From: Clostridia bacterium
GTDB lineage: Bacteria > Bacillota > Clostridia > Oscillospirales > CAG-272
DNA: 64,000 nucleotides
Assembly (NCBI GenBank): GCA_024405755.1
Contig: JAKSOD010000002.1
Span: 83,203 to 147,202 of the forward strand
Direction: 5' to 3'
In this document: positions 8,991 through 18,033 of the stretch, one piece after another
Numbering within the stretch: the stretch's first letter is position 1
Layout of the letters: each line of letters opens with the position of its first letter
Notes under the pieces: model-generated
Databases searched by the model: none
Told to the model about the DNA's origin: nothing
Seen by the model: the letters and a program-made list of their open reading frames with translations, nothing else
Made by a program: the position numbers and the translations under genes

Positions 8991-9901
8991 GATTCAAATA
9001 GTGCCCTCGTAAATTCTTCTGCGTCAAACGGCTGCATATCGTCGATCTTCTCGCCCACTCCGATAAATTTTACCGGAAGTCCGAGTTCCTTGCGGATAGA
9101 CAGAACGATTCCTCCCTTGGCTGTTCCGTCGAGCTTGTTGAGAACGAGTCCCGTCAGTTCCGCGGCATTCTTGAATTCTTTTGCCTGCAGCACTGCATTC
9201 TGCCCCGTGGTGGCATCAAGGACAAGAAGATTTTCACGTGACGCTCCCGGAAGTTCACGGTCTATGACGCGGTTGATCTTGGCAAGTTCGTTCATCAGGT
9301 TTTTCTTATTATGAAGTCTGCCGGCGGTATCAACTATCAGCACGTCAGCGTTATGAGTACGGGCATAATTTGCGGCGTCGTAAACAACGGCGGCAGGATC
9401 GGATCCTTCGGACTGACGTATCAGATCCACCTTCGCCCTGTCACACCACACGGCAAGCTGGTCTATGGCAGCGGCACGGAATGTATCTGCGGCGGCAACA
9501 ACGACTTTCTTACCGCTTTCCCTGAGCATATTAGAGATCTTTCCGACAGACGTGGTCTTACCGGCTCCGTTGACACCGATAACAAGAAGTACCGACGGCT
9601 TTGTATCGAGTTTCAGAGGTTCTCCCGCTCCTATCATATCGGTAAGTATCTCCTGCAATGCCGCCACCGTATCCTCGCGGTTTTTTATTCTGTTGTCTTT
9701 GATCCTTTCACGGAGCTGTTCAATTATATCCTCCGTGGCTTCCACGCCGACGTCGGCGCAGATCAGTGCTTCTTCAAGTTCTTCAAGGGCATCCTCGTCG
9801 ATCTTTACAAATGATTTGAGTATGCCGTCGATGGAACCCATAAGTGCTTTTTTGGTCTTTCCGAGACCTGAGCGGAGTTTATCAAAAAAACTCATTCCCA
9901 A
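8987..9901 (-). CDS. ftsY: signal recognition particle receptor FtsY
   Basis: 304 aa with SRP-GTPase motifs GVNGAGKTTSVGK, DTAGR and LNKLDGTAKGG. Located downstream of smc. Confidence 0.96.
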   Translation of the reverse strand: MGMSFFDKLRSGLGKTKKALMGSIDGILKSFVKIDEDALEELEEALICADVGVEATEDIIEQLRERIKDNRIKNREDTVAALQEILTDMIGAGEPLKLDTKPSVLLVIGVNGAGKTTSVGKISNMLRESGKKVVVAAADTFRAAAIDQLAVWCDRAKVDLIRQSEGSDPAAVVYDAANYARTHNADVLIVDTAGRLHNKKNLMNELAKINRVIDRELPGASRENLLVLDATTGQNAVLQAKEFKNAAELTGLVLNKLDGTAKGGIVLSIRKELGLPVKFIGVGEKIDDMQPFDAEEFTRALFES

Positions 9902-12900
9902 AGCTCTCCTTTCTTCTGATTGGATATATCGTCAATATTGAGAGTCAGCACCTTTGATATACCCGACTCCGGCATAGTGACGCCGTAAAGTCTGTCTGCG
10001 GCGTTCATTGTACCGCGGCGGTGTGTAATGAGTATGAACTGGGTGCCGTCCGAATACTTGTGTATGTATTGTGCAAATCTTTCCACGTTGACTTCGTCAA
10101 GCGCAGCTTCAATCTCGTCAAGGATACAGAAGGGTGTGGGATTGACTTTCAGTATGGCAAAGAACAGCGCGATCGCAACGAACGCCTGCTCTCCTCCGGA
10201 CAGCTGAAGCAGAGATTTTATGATTTTTCCGGGAGGTGCCGCCTTGATCTCAATTCCGCTTTCAAGCACATTCTCGGGATCCGTCAGCACGAGTTCCGCA
10301 GATCCTCCGCCGAAAAGTTCGGTAAATGTTCGCTTGAAATTCTCGTTGATCTGATCGAAACAGGTTGAGAATGCCTTGCGCATTTCCACCTCGAGTTTGG
10401 CAATCACCTTTTCAAGTTCCGTCTTGGAGTTGGTAAGATCCTCCATCTGAGAAACAAGATGTTCGTATTTCTCTTTTTCTTCGGTATATCTCTCGATAGA
10501 TGCGGGATCCGTAGAGCCGATATGTCTTATCTTTCCTGCATACTCCGTCTGTATCGCAAGCACCGCAGGACGTTCTTCTGCCGTAATCAAAGGATAGTTG
10601 AATTCAAGAGCCTCGGCACGGGTGAGTCCGTAATCGTCCCAGAATTTCTGCGATAGCGCATCAAGCTGTGTGCGCACCTGTGCAAGTGCCGTTTCCTGAC
10701 GGAGTTTGATACCCATCAGTTCCTCACGTCTTGCCTCTCTGTCACGTGATACGCGGCGGATATCCGCGATCTTGCGTTCGAGTTCAAGTCCGCCGTTTTC
10801 CGCTTCCGCTCTCTGACGGTTGAGGTCTTCGAGTTCTCCGGCACCTGCAGTATGTTTCGAGAGAATATCTTCAAGATATTCTTTGAGACGTTTTTCTTCA
10901 TCTGCGGCGGCAGCTGCGGATTCTTCCTTCTGTTTCGCGTCGTTTTTCAGCGAAGCGATCTTTCCGCGCGACAGATCAGCCATGGCGTTGCCGTTTTCTA
11001 TCTCCACACGGATCTCAGACAGCCGCAGATCGGTACTGTGTATGATGTCGTTCAGTTCGTCAAGTCTGTTCAGCATATCTCCCCGCTCCGCTTCACGGTC
11101 GGTTCGGTATGCTTCAAGTTCCGTGATCTTCTCGTCAAGTTCTTTTTCACGGATTTCAAGAGAAGCGATCTCACTTTCTCTTTTTTCCATCTCGCCTGCC
11201 ACGGATTCAAGATCGGCGCGGAATTTGTCAAGCAGTTCACGGTCGGATGCAAGAGTTTCCCTCTGCTTTTCAAGCTTTGCGGCTTCAACGGCACGGAGAG
11301 TTTCGAGAAGTTTGTTTTCACTCTCGTCGGAAGTTATAATGGAATCGATTTCCTCAATCTTCAGATCGAGTTCTTCGAGTTCCTTCTGAAGTTTGTCTGC
11401 GGCACGGCGGGATGTTTCAAGCTCCGCGGTCATACGCTTGATCTCGTCGGCACGGGTAAGCACACCGCTTCCGGTACGGAGAGATCCTCCGGTGAAGGAT
11501 CCGTCGCGGTTTATCTGCTGACCGTCAAGTGTGACGGTGCGTACGCTGTATTTCTCCGCTTTTGCCATCGCTGTGGCGTGTTCAAGAGTATCGAATACAA
11601 TTATCCTGCCGAGCATTGAGGAAATGACGGACGAAAACTTTGAGTCTGTCCCCACGAGTTCGGAAGCGATACCCACATATCCCTCGAATCTTGCGGCATC
11701 AAGCATCTCACGGGTGGGATTGCCCGCGGCTCTGACGGAAGAAAGCGGAAAGAAAGTTGCGCGTCCCGCGCTGTCGCGTTTCAGACATTCGATAGCGGCA
11801 CGGGCGGTTTCCTCATCTTCCACGACAATATTCTGTATTGCAGAACCAAGAGCGGTCTCAATGGCGGTAACGTATTTACTGTCAACTGTGATCAGAGATG
11901 AAACCGGTCCGAATATCGTTCCGCATCTTGCACGTGTGCCGGTGAGCCTTCCCTCACGGTACGTACGCATCACATATTTGACACTATTGTTATATCCTTC
12001 AAAATGCTCTTCCATTCGTTTCAGAGCATCTATCTTACCTGCAAGAGTATCGCACTTTACGTTCAGCGCAGTATATTCCGTCCGGGATCTTTCCTGTTTC
12101 TCATGCAGATCTGCGGAGTTTTTCCGCTTTACTTCAAGTTTGGCTTCATTTGATGCAAGTTTGGCATCAAATTCCGCAATGGAAAGTTCGCTGTCGGAGC
12201 ATTCGGCGGCGTGTCTGTCGGCGATACGCTGACGTTCGTTTATATTGTTTCTCGCCGCTTCGTCTCTGTCTTTCTCCTCGTCTCCGGAACGACCGAGAAG
12301 TTCAAGACGTGCCATAACGTCGGAGAGTTCTGCACGGCAGTCGGATATCTCGTCAAAGGCATCGGCAACGGCATTTTCAAGTCCGTCTGCTTTCTTTTCA
12401 ATTTTTTCCGCTTCCGTCTTGTCTGCGGTTATCTTTTCGTTGAGTCTCTGTGCCTCCGCCGCAAGTTCAAAGGTTGCATCCACCTTCTTCTTTACGGCGT
12501 TTTCCTCCTCCTCGGCGGCAGTACGAAGAGCAAGGGCTGCACTCTTGTCAGCCTCAGCGGCTGTGGAGGCATGATTTATGCGGGTGGTGGTGACTTTTAT
12601 CTCTGAATCGAGTTCGTAGTTTTCACGTGTTCTTTCTCTGATCCGTTCAAGAATACGTGATCCCTCCGCCTTGTTCTCCACGGACAGCTGTTCAAGTCTT
12701 TCCTGCTGGGCACGAAGAGCCTCAACTGATTCCGTTGCCTCATCAAGTTCCATATCGGTACGGCGCAGTTCATTTTCTCCTCCGGTGATACCGGAACGGA
12801 GTTTTTCCGTATCATAAAACCACAGCTGAACATCAGCTTTGCGCTTGATCTCGCTGTATTCAAGGAAACGGCGTGCCTTTATGCTGTCGCGTTCAAGCTG

Positions 12901-13518
12901 AGCAAGATTACTGCCGATAATGTTTATTGAGTCCTGAACACGATCCATATTTCCCTGAGTCTGTTCAAGTTTTCTCTCCGCTTCGGTCTTGCGGTGGCGG
13001 AATTTGGCAATTCCCGCGGCATCTTCAAAAATACCGCGTCTCTCGTCGCTCTTGCGTGAGATGATCTCGGCAATACGTCCCTGACCTATGATTGAATACC
13101 CGTCGCGTCCGACACCGGTGTTGAGAAACAACTCGTAAATGTCACGCAGACGCACCGCCTTGCGGTTGATAAAATACTCGCTGTCGCCGTTGCGGTAATA
13201 CCGGCGGGTAACGGTAACTTCGTCGTATGGGCATTCAAGGCGTCCGTTTTCGTCTTCCGTGTTATCGAATGTCACAGAGACTTCGGCATACCCCATCGGC
13301 TTTCTGCTGTCTGATCCGCCGAATATTATGTCTTCCATTTTTGCTCCGCGCAGGCTCTTGGACGAAATCTCTCCAAGCACCCAGCGCATTGCGTCGGATA
13401 TATTTGATTTTCCGCTTCCGTTAGGTCCCACGATCACCGTGGCTCCCCTCTCGAATACGAGACGGGTACGGTCGGGGAAGGACTTGAAGCCCTGCAATTC
13501 GATCTGCTTTAAGTACAA
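9892..13518 (-). CDS. smc: chromosome segregation protein SMC
   Basis: 1208 aa with N-terminal Walker A GPNGSGKSN, long coiled-coil arms, a hinge, a C-terminal LSGGEQA signature and Walker B ILDEIEAALD. Confidence 0.97.
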   Translation of the reverse strand: MYLKQIELQGFKSFPDRTRLVFERGATVIVGPNGSGKSNISDAMRWVLGEISSKSLRGAKMEDIIFGGSDSRKPMGYAEVSVTFDNTEDENGRLECPYDEVTVTRRYYRNGDSEYFINRKAVRLRDIYELFLNTGVGRDGYSIIGQGRIAEIISRKSDERRGIFEDAAGIAKFRHRKTEAERKLEQTQGNMDRVQDSINIIGSNLAQLERDSIKARRFLEYSEIKRKADVQLWFYDTEKLRSGITGGENELRRTDMELDEATESVEALRAQQERLEQLSVENKAEGSRILERIRERTRENYELDSEIKVTTTRINHASTAAEADKSAALALRTAAEEEENAVKKKVDATFELAAEAQRLNEKITADKTEAEKIEKKADGLENAVADAFDEISDCRAELSDVMARLELLGRSGDEEKDRDEAARNNINERQRIADRHAAECSDSELSIAEFDAKLASNEAKLEVKRKNSADLHEKQERSRTEYTALNVKCDTLAGKIDALKRMEEHFEGYNNSVKYVMRTYREGRLTGTRARCGTIFGPVSSLITVDSKYVTAIETALGSAIQNIVVEDEETARAAIECLKRDSAGRATFFPLSSVRAAGNPTREMLDAARFEGYVGIASELVGTDSKFSSVISSMLGRIIVFDTLEHATAMAKAEKYSVRTVTLDGQQINRDGSFTGGSLRTGSGVLTRADEIKRMTAELETSRRAADKLQKELEELDLKIEEIDSIITSDESENKLLETLRAVEAAKLEKQRETLASDRELLDKFRADLESVAGEMEKRESEIASLEIREKELDEKITELEAYRTDREAERGDMLNRLDELNDIIHSTDLRLSEIRVEIENGNAMADLSRGKIASLKNDAKQKEESAAAAADEEKRLKEYLEDILSKHTAGAGELEDLNRQRAEAENGGLELERKIADIRRVSRDREARREELMGIKLRQETALAQVRTQLDALSQKFWDDYGLTRAEALEFNYPLITAEERPAVLAIQTEYAGKIRHIGSTDPASIERYTEEKEKYEHLVSQMEDLTNSKTELEKVIAKLEVEMRKAFSTCFDQINENFKRTFTELFGGGSAELVLTDPENVLESGIEIKAAPPGKIIKSLLQLSGGEQAFVAIALFFAILKVNPTPFCILDEIEAALDEVNVERFAQYIHKYSDGTQFILITHRRGTMNAADRLYGVTMPESGISKVLTLNIDDISNQKKGELWE

Positions 13519-13577
13519 AAGATTACCTCCGGGCAGTCTGTGTTTTTCTTTCAGTCTTTATCATCATCATCCGGCTT

Positions 13578-14681
13578 TCAAGACTCCGACGTGCCGCCTG
13601 AATTCTGCGTTTCTTCGTCGGAGTGATACAATAAGCCTATTTTAATATTATACCCTATAAGTTCATTTTTTTCAAGGATTTTTATGCGATTTATACCTGC
13701 GGAAACTGAATATTTTTCATAAATTCTTGAAATATTCTTCTTTTTCTGTCCCACGGCACGGCTGACTGCTCCCACGGGAACAAAAAATGTCACGTCACGT
13801 TTCGGATCGCCGGCATTATACGGCGGCAGTGATTCTATGGCGGCACATTCGCGGTCATAGAACAACTCTCCCATTGCAAGTTCGCCAAGTGCCGGGTGAT
13901 TCGGACCTCCGTACACCTCCTCCGGCGAGGAAAGATTTTCTCCGGAGCACAGACCGACGCGGATCACATTCACTCCCCTGCGCTCGAATATGTCAAGCAC
14001 ATTCTTCGTTCTGCTGATTGCCGTCTCCGTATCAAGCGGAACATACTTTCCTTCACGCGCCATATCGCAGAGTTCGGTTTGGTAGAATACAACGGTCGGA
14101 TATACTCTTGCCCCGTCGGCACCCATGTCGCATATCATCTCCGCCGTTGCGGTTTCATCCTCCGGTGCAGCCCCCGGCAAACCTATCATCATCTGTCCGA
14201 CGAGGGAAAAGCCTTCTTCTTTTATCATTTTGCAGGCGCGCCTTGCCGTTTCGACATCATGTCCGCGTCGGCAGATACCGAGAATCCTGTCATCAAGACA
14301 TTGAAGACCGAGTTCAACCGTTGTGACATGGTGTTCACGAAGAATTCCGAGAATTTCACCGTCAATATAATCGGGACGGGTTGAGCATCTTACGGCACCA
14401 ACCTTGCCTGATTCCACAAAATTATCGGAAATACATAGAAGACGGATCATCAGATCCCTGTCGATCCCCGTGAACGATCCGCCGAAAAAGGCGATCTCCG
14501 CCTCGTCGTTCTCTCCGAGAGTAGCCGCCGCTTCCGCTATCTGCCGCTCAACGTCGGATTCGTCAAAATATGTTCTTCCTGAAATTGCCCGCTGATTACA
14601 GAAAACACAGGCATTGGGACAGCCGAGATGCGGTATGAAAACGGGGATATTCTTATGTTTTCTAACTTCTGACTTTTTCAT
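13578..14681 (-). CDS. radical SAM protein, ELP3-like family without a GNAT domain, function unknown
   Basis: 367 aa with N-terminal FIPHLGCPNACVFCNQ (CxxxCxxC cluster motif), followed by FFGGSFT and TVELGLQ motifs. Confidence 0.85.
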   Translation of the reverse strand: MKKSEVRKHKNIPVFIPHLGCPNACVFCNQRAISGRTYFDESDVERQIAEAAATLGENDEAEIAFFGGSFTGIDRDLMIRLLCISDNFVESGKVGAVRCSTRPDYIDGEILGILREHHVTTVELGLQCLDDRILGICRRGHDVETARRACKMIKEEGFSLVGQMMIGLPGAAPEDETATAEMICDMGADGARVYPTVVFYQTELCDMAREGKYVPLDTETAISRTKNVLDIFERRGVNVIRVGLCSGENLSSPEEVYGGPNHPALGELAMGELFYDRECAAIESLPPYNAGDPKRDVTFFVPVGAVSRAVGQKKKNISRIYEKYSVSAGINRIKILEKNELIGYNIKIGLLYHSDEETQNSGGTSES

Positions 14682-14764
14682 CTTTCCGCACTACCTTCTT
14701 TTTCATTTTCATATCAATATCAACAACGGGACTGCCGCGAAAAAGACAGTCCCGATAATATTAT

Positions 14765-15532
14765 TCATTCGTTATCAGAATCCGCGATCTCACCGAGTGT
14801 TACAAGGGCGTGCCGCGCAGCCATCTGTTCTGCGTCCTTTATTCTTCTTCCCTCTCCCTTGCCGAACACGTTTGAATCTATCCTTGCTTCCACCGTAAAG
14901 GTTTTTGCATGATCCGGTCCGCGCTCGTCAACTGTCACGTATTCGAGTCTTTCACCGCGTGAATTCTTCTGAACTACCTCTTGGAGCTGAGTTTTGTAAT
15001 CCACAACTCTGCCCTTACCCGGAATGCAGATCTCGGCAATTTTTTCTTCTGCAAGAGGGATCAGATATGATCTGACCGCTTCCTTTGCATTGTCGTCGGA
15101 GCCGGCGTCAAGAAAGACGGCTGCCACAAGAGCCTCAAAAGCATCTTCAAGTATCTTTTTATTGCACCGTCCGCCGCTTGCTTCCTCGCCGTTTCCGAGG
15201 AAAAGACAGTCTCCGATGCCGATCTTTTCCGCAAAATTTGAAAGAGCTGTATCGCCGCGAACGATCTCAGCTCGCATACGTGTCAGATCCCCTTCGGGAC
15301 AGTCGGGATATTTTGAATAGATGTACTCGCTGACGATCAGCGACAGCACGGAATCTCCGAGGAATTCAAGTCTTTCGTTGCATGGCGGCTTGGGGCTGCC
15401 CTTCCATTCGTGGGAATATGACGAATGTGTCATTGCTTCACGCAGGAGTTCACCGCGTTTGAAGTGATAGCCGATCCTCTCTTCAAGTGCGGCAAGGGAC
15501 TCTTCTGTATTCTTTCCGCTCACGGCGGTCAC
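14765..15532 (-). CDS. rnc: ribonuclease III
   Basis: 255 aa with RNase III signature ERLEFLGDSVLSL and a C-terminal dsRNA-binding domain (GPDHAKTFTVE...GEGRRIKDAEQMAA). Confidence 0.96.
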   Translation of the reverse strand: MTAVSGKNTEESLAALEERIGYHFKRGELLREAMTHSSYSHEWKGSPKPPCNERLEFLGDSVLSLIVSEYIYSKYPDCPEGDLTRMRAEIVRGDTALSNFAEKIGIGDCLFLGNGEEASGGRCNKKILEDAFEALVAAVFLDAGSDDNAKEAVRSYLIPLAEEKIAEICIPGKGRVVDYKTQLQEVVQKNSRGERLEYVTVDERGPDHAKTFTVEARIDSNVFGKGEGRRIKDAEQMAARHALVTLGEIADSDNE

Positions 15533-15562
15533 CTCCGTTTTCTGTTTTTGTATTTCCGCAGA

Positions 15563-16618
15563 TCATACTCCGGTCTTTTCCGCGGTATCAGTTTTTTTCT
15601 CCTCTGCCTTTGAGGACTTTGCAGCTTCCGTGAAGAGTTTCGTTTCACGAGCGATACTGACGATAACCCCCGAATCCGCGTAACTTATCGCCTGGCGTAT
15701 GGCATTTTTCACTGCCTTGGCATTCGATGAGCCGTGAGCCTTAATGACGGGCTTTGAGATCCCGAGGAAAGGTGCGCCGCCGTGTTCGGTTGAGTCAAAG
15801 CGTTTCTTTATGTCGCTTACCTTATGCTTTGCAAAAACCGCGGAAATCTTCGTGCGTGCGTCAGCCATAAACAACTGTTTCATTGTGGACAGCATAAGTT
15901 TGCCCATTCCCTCAATGGATTTGAGCAGAATGTTTCCGGTAAAGCCGTCGGTCACAAGAACGTCGCAGGCATCTTTCGGCACCTTGTCAGCTTCCACGTT
16001 GCCAACGAAATTAACGCTTGGAGATTCTTTCAGCCTTGCGTATGCTTTCAGTTGAAGTTCGGTCCCCTTACATTCCTCAGCACCGTTGTTCAGCAGTCCG
16101 ACACGGGGAGCGGACAGTCCGTAAACCTTCTGCATATAGATGCTTCCCATAATCGCAAACTGTTCGAGGTATTCGTCGGTCACCACCACATTGGCTCCGG
16201 AATCAAGAAGAAGCACCGGCGGATCCATTGGCAGTATCCCGGCAATAGCCGCACGGCGGATCCCTTTTATCTTCCGGACAATAAGTGTGGCACCGGTGAA
16301 AAGCGCACCGGTATTTCCGGTACTTATCACCGCATCGCCCTTCCCGTCGGCAAGCAGGCGCAGAGCTGTGCTCATGCTTGAATCATTCTTGGCTCTGACA
16401 ACGCAGAGCGGATCGTCGTTCATTTCAATAGTAACGGGGGCATCAACAATGTCAAAACGGCGCAGGTCCATCCCGTCTGCGTCGGCAATAGCGTTGATCT
16501 GAGCTTTGTCGCCCACGAGAATGAAACTTGCGTTATATTCGAGAGATGCGGCGTATGCACCGCGAACGACTTCGATGGGGGCGTTGTCCCCTCCCATACA
16601 GTCAACTATGATTCTCAT
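15563..16618 (-). CDS. plsX: phosphate acyltransferase PlsX
   Basis: 351 aa. MRIIVDCMGGDNAP, GNTGA and the VTDGFTGNILLK motifs are typical of PlsX. Confidence 0.96.
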   Translation of the reverse strand: MRIIVDCMGGDNAPIEVVRGAYAASLEYNASFILVGDKAQINAIADADGMDLRRFDIVDAPVTIEMNDDPLCVVRAKNDSSMSTALRLLADGKGDAVISTGNTGALFTGATLIVRKIKGIRRAAIAGILPMDPPVLLLDSGANVVVTDEYLEQFAIMGSIYMQKVYGLSAPRVGLLNNGAEECKGTELQLKAYARLKESPSVNFVGNVEADKVPKDACDVLVTDGFTGNILLKSIEGMGKLMLSTMKQLFMADARTKISAVFAKHKVSDIKKRFDSTEHGGAPFLGISKPVIKAHGSSNAKAVKNAIRQAISYADSGVIVSIARETKLFTEAAKSSKAEEKKTDTAEKTGV

Positions 16619-16660
16619 TGTTCTCCATTATCACGTAACAGCATTATCAGCAAATTAAAA

Positions 16661-18019
16661 TCAAAGAATTCCGCGGATTTTTTCCACAGCTTCAAGAGAT
16701 CTTTCGGCATAGACCGCATATTTCGCCATTTTTCCGCCCTTTACCCGCTGCGGCAGGGGCGCGATTATGCCGAAATTGGCATTCATGGGAGCAAAAGCAC
16801 CAACTCCTCCGCGGGAAACGTAGGCTGACATGGCACCGAGCATTGTTTCCTCCGGAAACACGATTCGGGAAAGTCCGAGCACCCTTCTCGCGGCGGATAT
16901 TCCCGCCACCATTCCGGAGCCTGCGGATTCCACGTAACCTTCGACTCCCGTCATCTGTCCGGCAAAAAACACTTCCGGACGGGAGAGCATTGCATAATCC
17001 GGTCCGAGAAGTCCCGGAGAATCAAGGTAAGTATTTCTGTGCATCACCCCGTAGCGGAGAAACTCCGCCTCTTCAAGTCCGGGGATCATTCTGAAAACGC
17101 GCTTCTGTTCCGGGAAAGCAAGATGTGTCTGAAATCCCACGAGATTGAACATCGTTCCTTCCTCATCCTCACGGCGCAGTTGGACTACGGCGTAATATTC
17201 GCCTGCTTCCGGATGGCGCGGATCTTTTAGTCCAACAGGTTTCAGCGGACCGTAGCAAAGTGTATCTTTGCCCCGTTTCGCCATAACTTCAACGGGCATA
17301 CAGCCTTCAAACACGGTCAGATCTTTTTGTTCTTCTCTGTCAAAGTCGTGCAGCTCCGCTTCGCGTGCGTTCACAAGTGCGTCGTAAAAAGCCTCATACT
17401 GTTCTTTCGTCATAGGACAGTTGAGATAATCCGCATCGCCCTTGTCGTAACGTGAAGCAAAAAATGCGATATCTTTATTTATAGTTGCTCCGTCGACTAT
17501 GGGGGCGGCTGCATCAAAGAAATGAAGTCCCGGACAACCGAGTTCCGTTCGGATGTAATCAGCCATTTTATCCGAAGTCAGCGGTCCCGTTGCGATTATT
17601 GTGGTCTCACCTGCCGGAACGGAAGAGACTTCATCACCGATTATCTCAATATTCGGATGATTTGTCAGTTTTTCCGTGATATACGAGGAAAAACGTTCTC
17701 TGTCAACGGCAAGAGCTGATCCAGCGGGTACTCTGGATATATCGGCAGCTTCAAGTATCAGCGATCCAAGACGCCGCATCTCCTCTTTGAGCAGTCCGAC
17801 GGCGTTGGTGGTACTGTCGGATCTGAGGGAATTTGAACAGACAAGTTCCGCGAATTTCGGACTTTTGTGGGCAGGTGTGTATTTGTGCGGCTTCATTTCG
17901 TGGAGTCTGACTTTAACTCCGCGGCGTGCCGCCTGCCACGCCGCCTCGGCACCGGCAAGACCGGCACCGAAGACGTTTATGATCTTTTCTTCGTTAATGG
18001 CAGTGTTTTCGTTACACAT
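16661..18019 (-). CDS. trmFO: methylenetetrahydrofolate--tRNA-(uracil54-C5)-methyltransferase TrmFO
   Basis: FAD-binding motif VFGAGLAGAEAAWQ with colinear Gid/TrmFO-like sequence. Start set at ATG 18019, with a GGAGA RBS 8 nt upstream. The ORF-track GTG at 18025 is also possible. Confidence 0.94.
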   Translation of the reverse strand: MCNENTAINEEKIINVFGAGLAGAEAAWQAARRGVKVRLHEMKPHKYTPAHKSPKFAELVCSNSLRSDSTTNAVGLLKEEMRRLGSLILEAADISRVPAGSALAVDRERFSSYITEKLTNHPNIEIIGDEVSSVPAGETTIIATGPLTSDKMADYIRTELGCPGLHFFDAAAPIVDGATINKDIAFFASRYDKGDADYLNCPMTKEQYEAFYDALVNAREAELHDFDREEQKDLTVFEGCMPVEVMAKRGKDTLCYGPLKPVGLKDPRHPEAGEYYAVVQLRREDEEGTMFNLVGFQTHLAFPEQKRVFRMIPGLEEAEFLRYGVMHRNTYLDSPGLLGPDYAMLSRPEVFFAGQMTGVEGYVESAGSGMVAGISAARRVLGLSRIVFPEETMLGAMSAYVSRGGVGAFAPMNANFGIIAPLPQRVKGGKMAKYAVYAERSLEAVEKIRGIL

Positions 18020-18033
18020 AGGCACTTTCTCCG

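Noticed and set aside
10820-12606. Long plus-strand ORFs (189, 255, 233, 131 and 109 aa) antisense to smc
   Set aside because: These are Ser/Phe/Leu-rich low-complexity translations mirroring the Glu/Lys/Leu-rich coiled-coil codons of smc. They have no RBS and overlap a very well supported 1208-aa gene. They are classic shadow ORFs.
15533-15562. plsX is followed directly by rnc, without the fabD-fabG-acpP genes seen in Bacillus-type operons
   Set aside because: Gene order in this region varies widely among Clostridia, and acpP is presumably elsewhere. This is a synteny difference rather than a signal.
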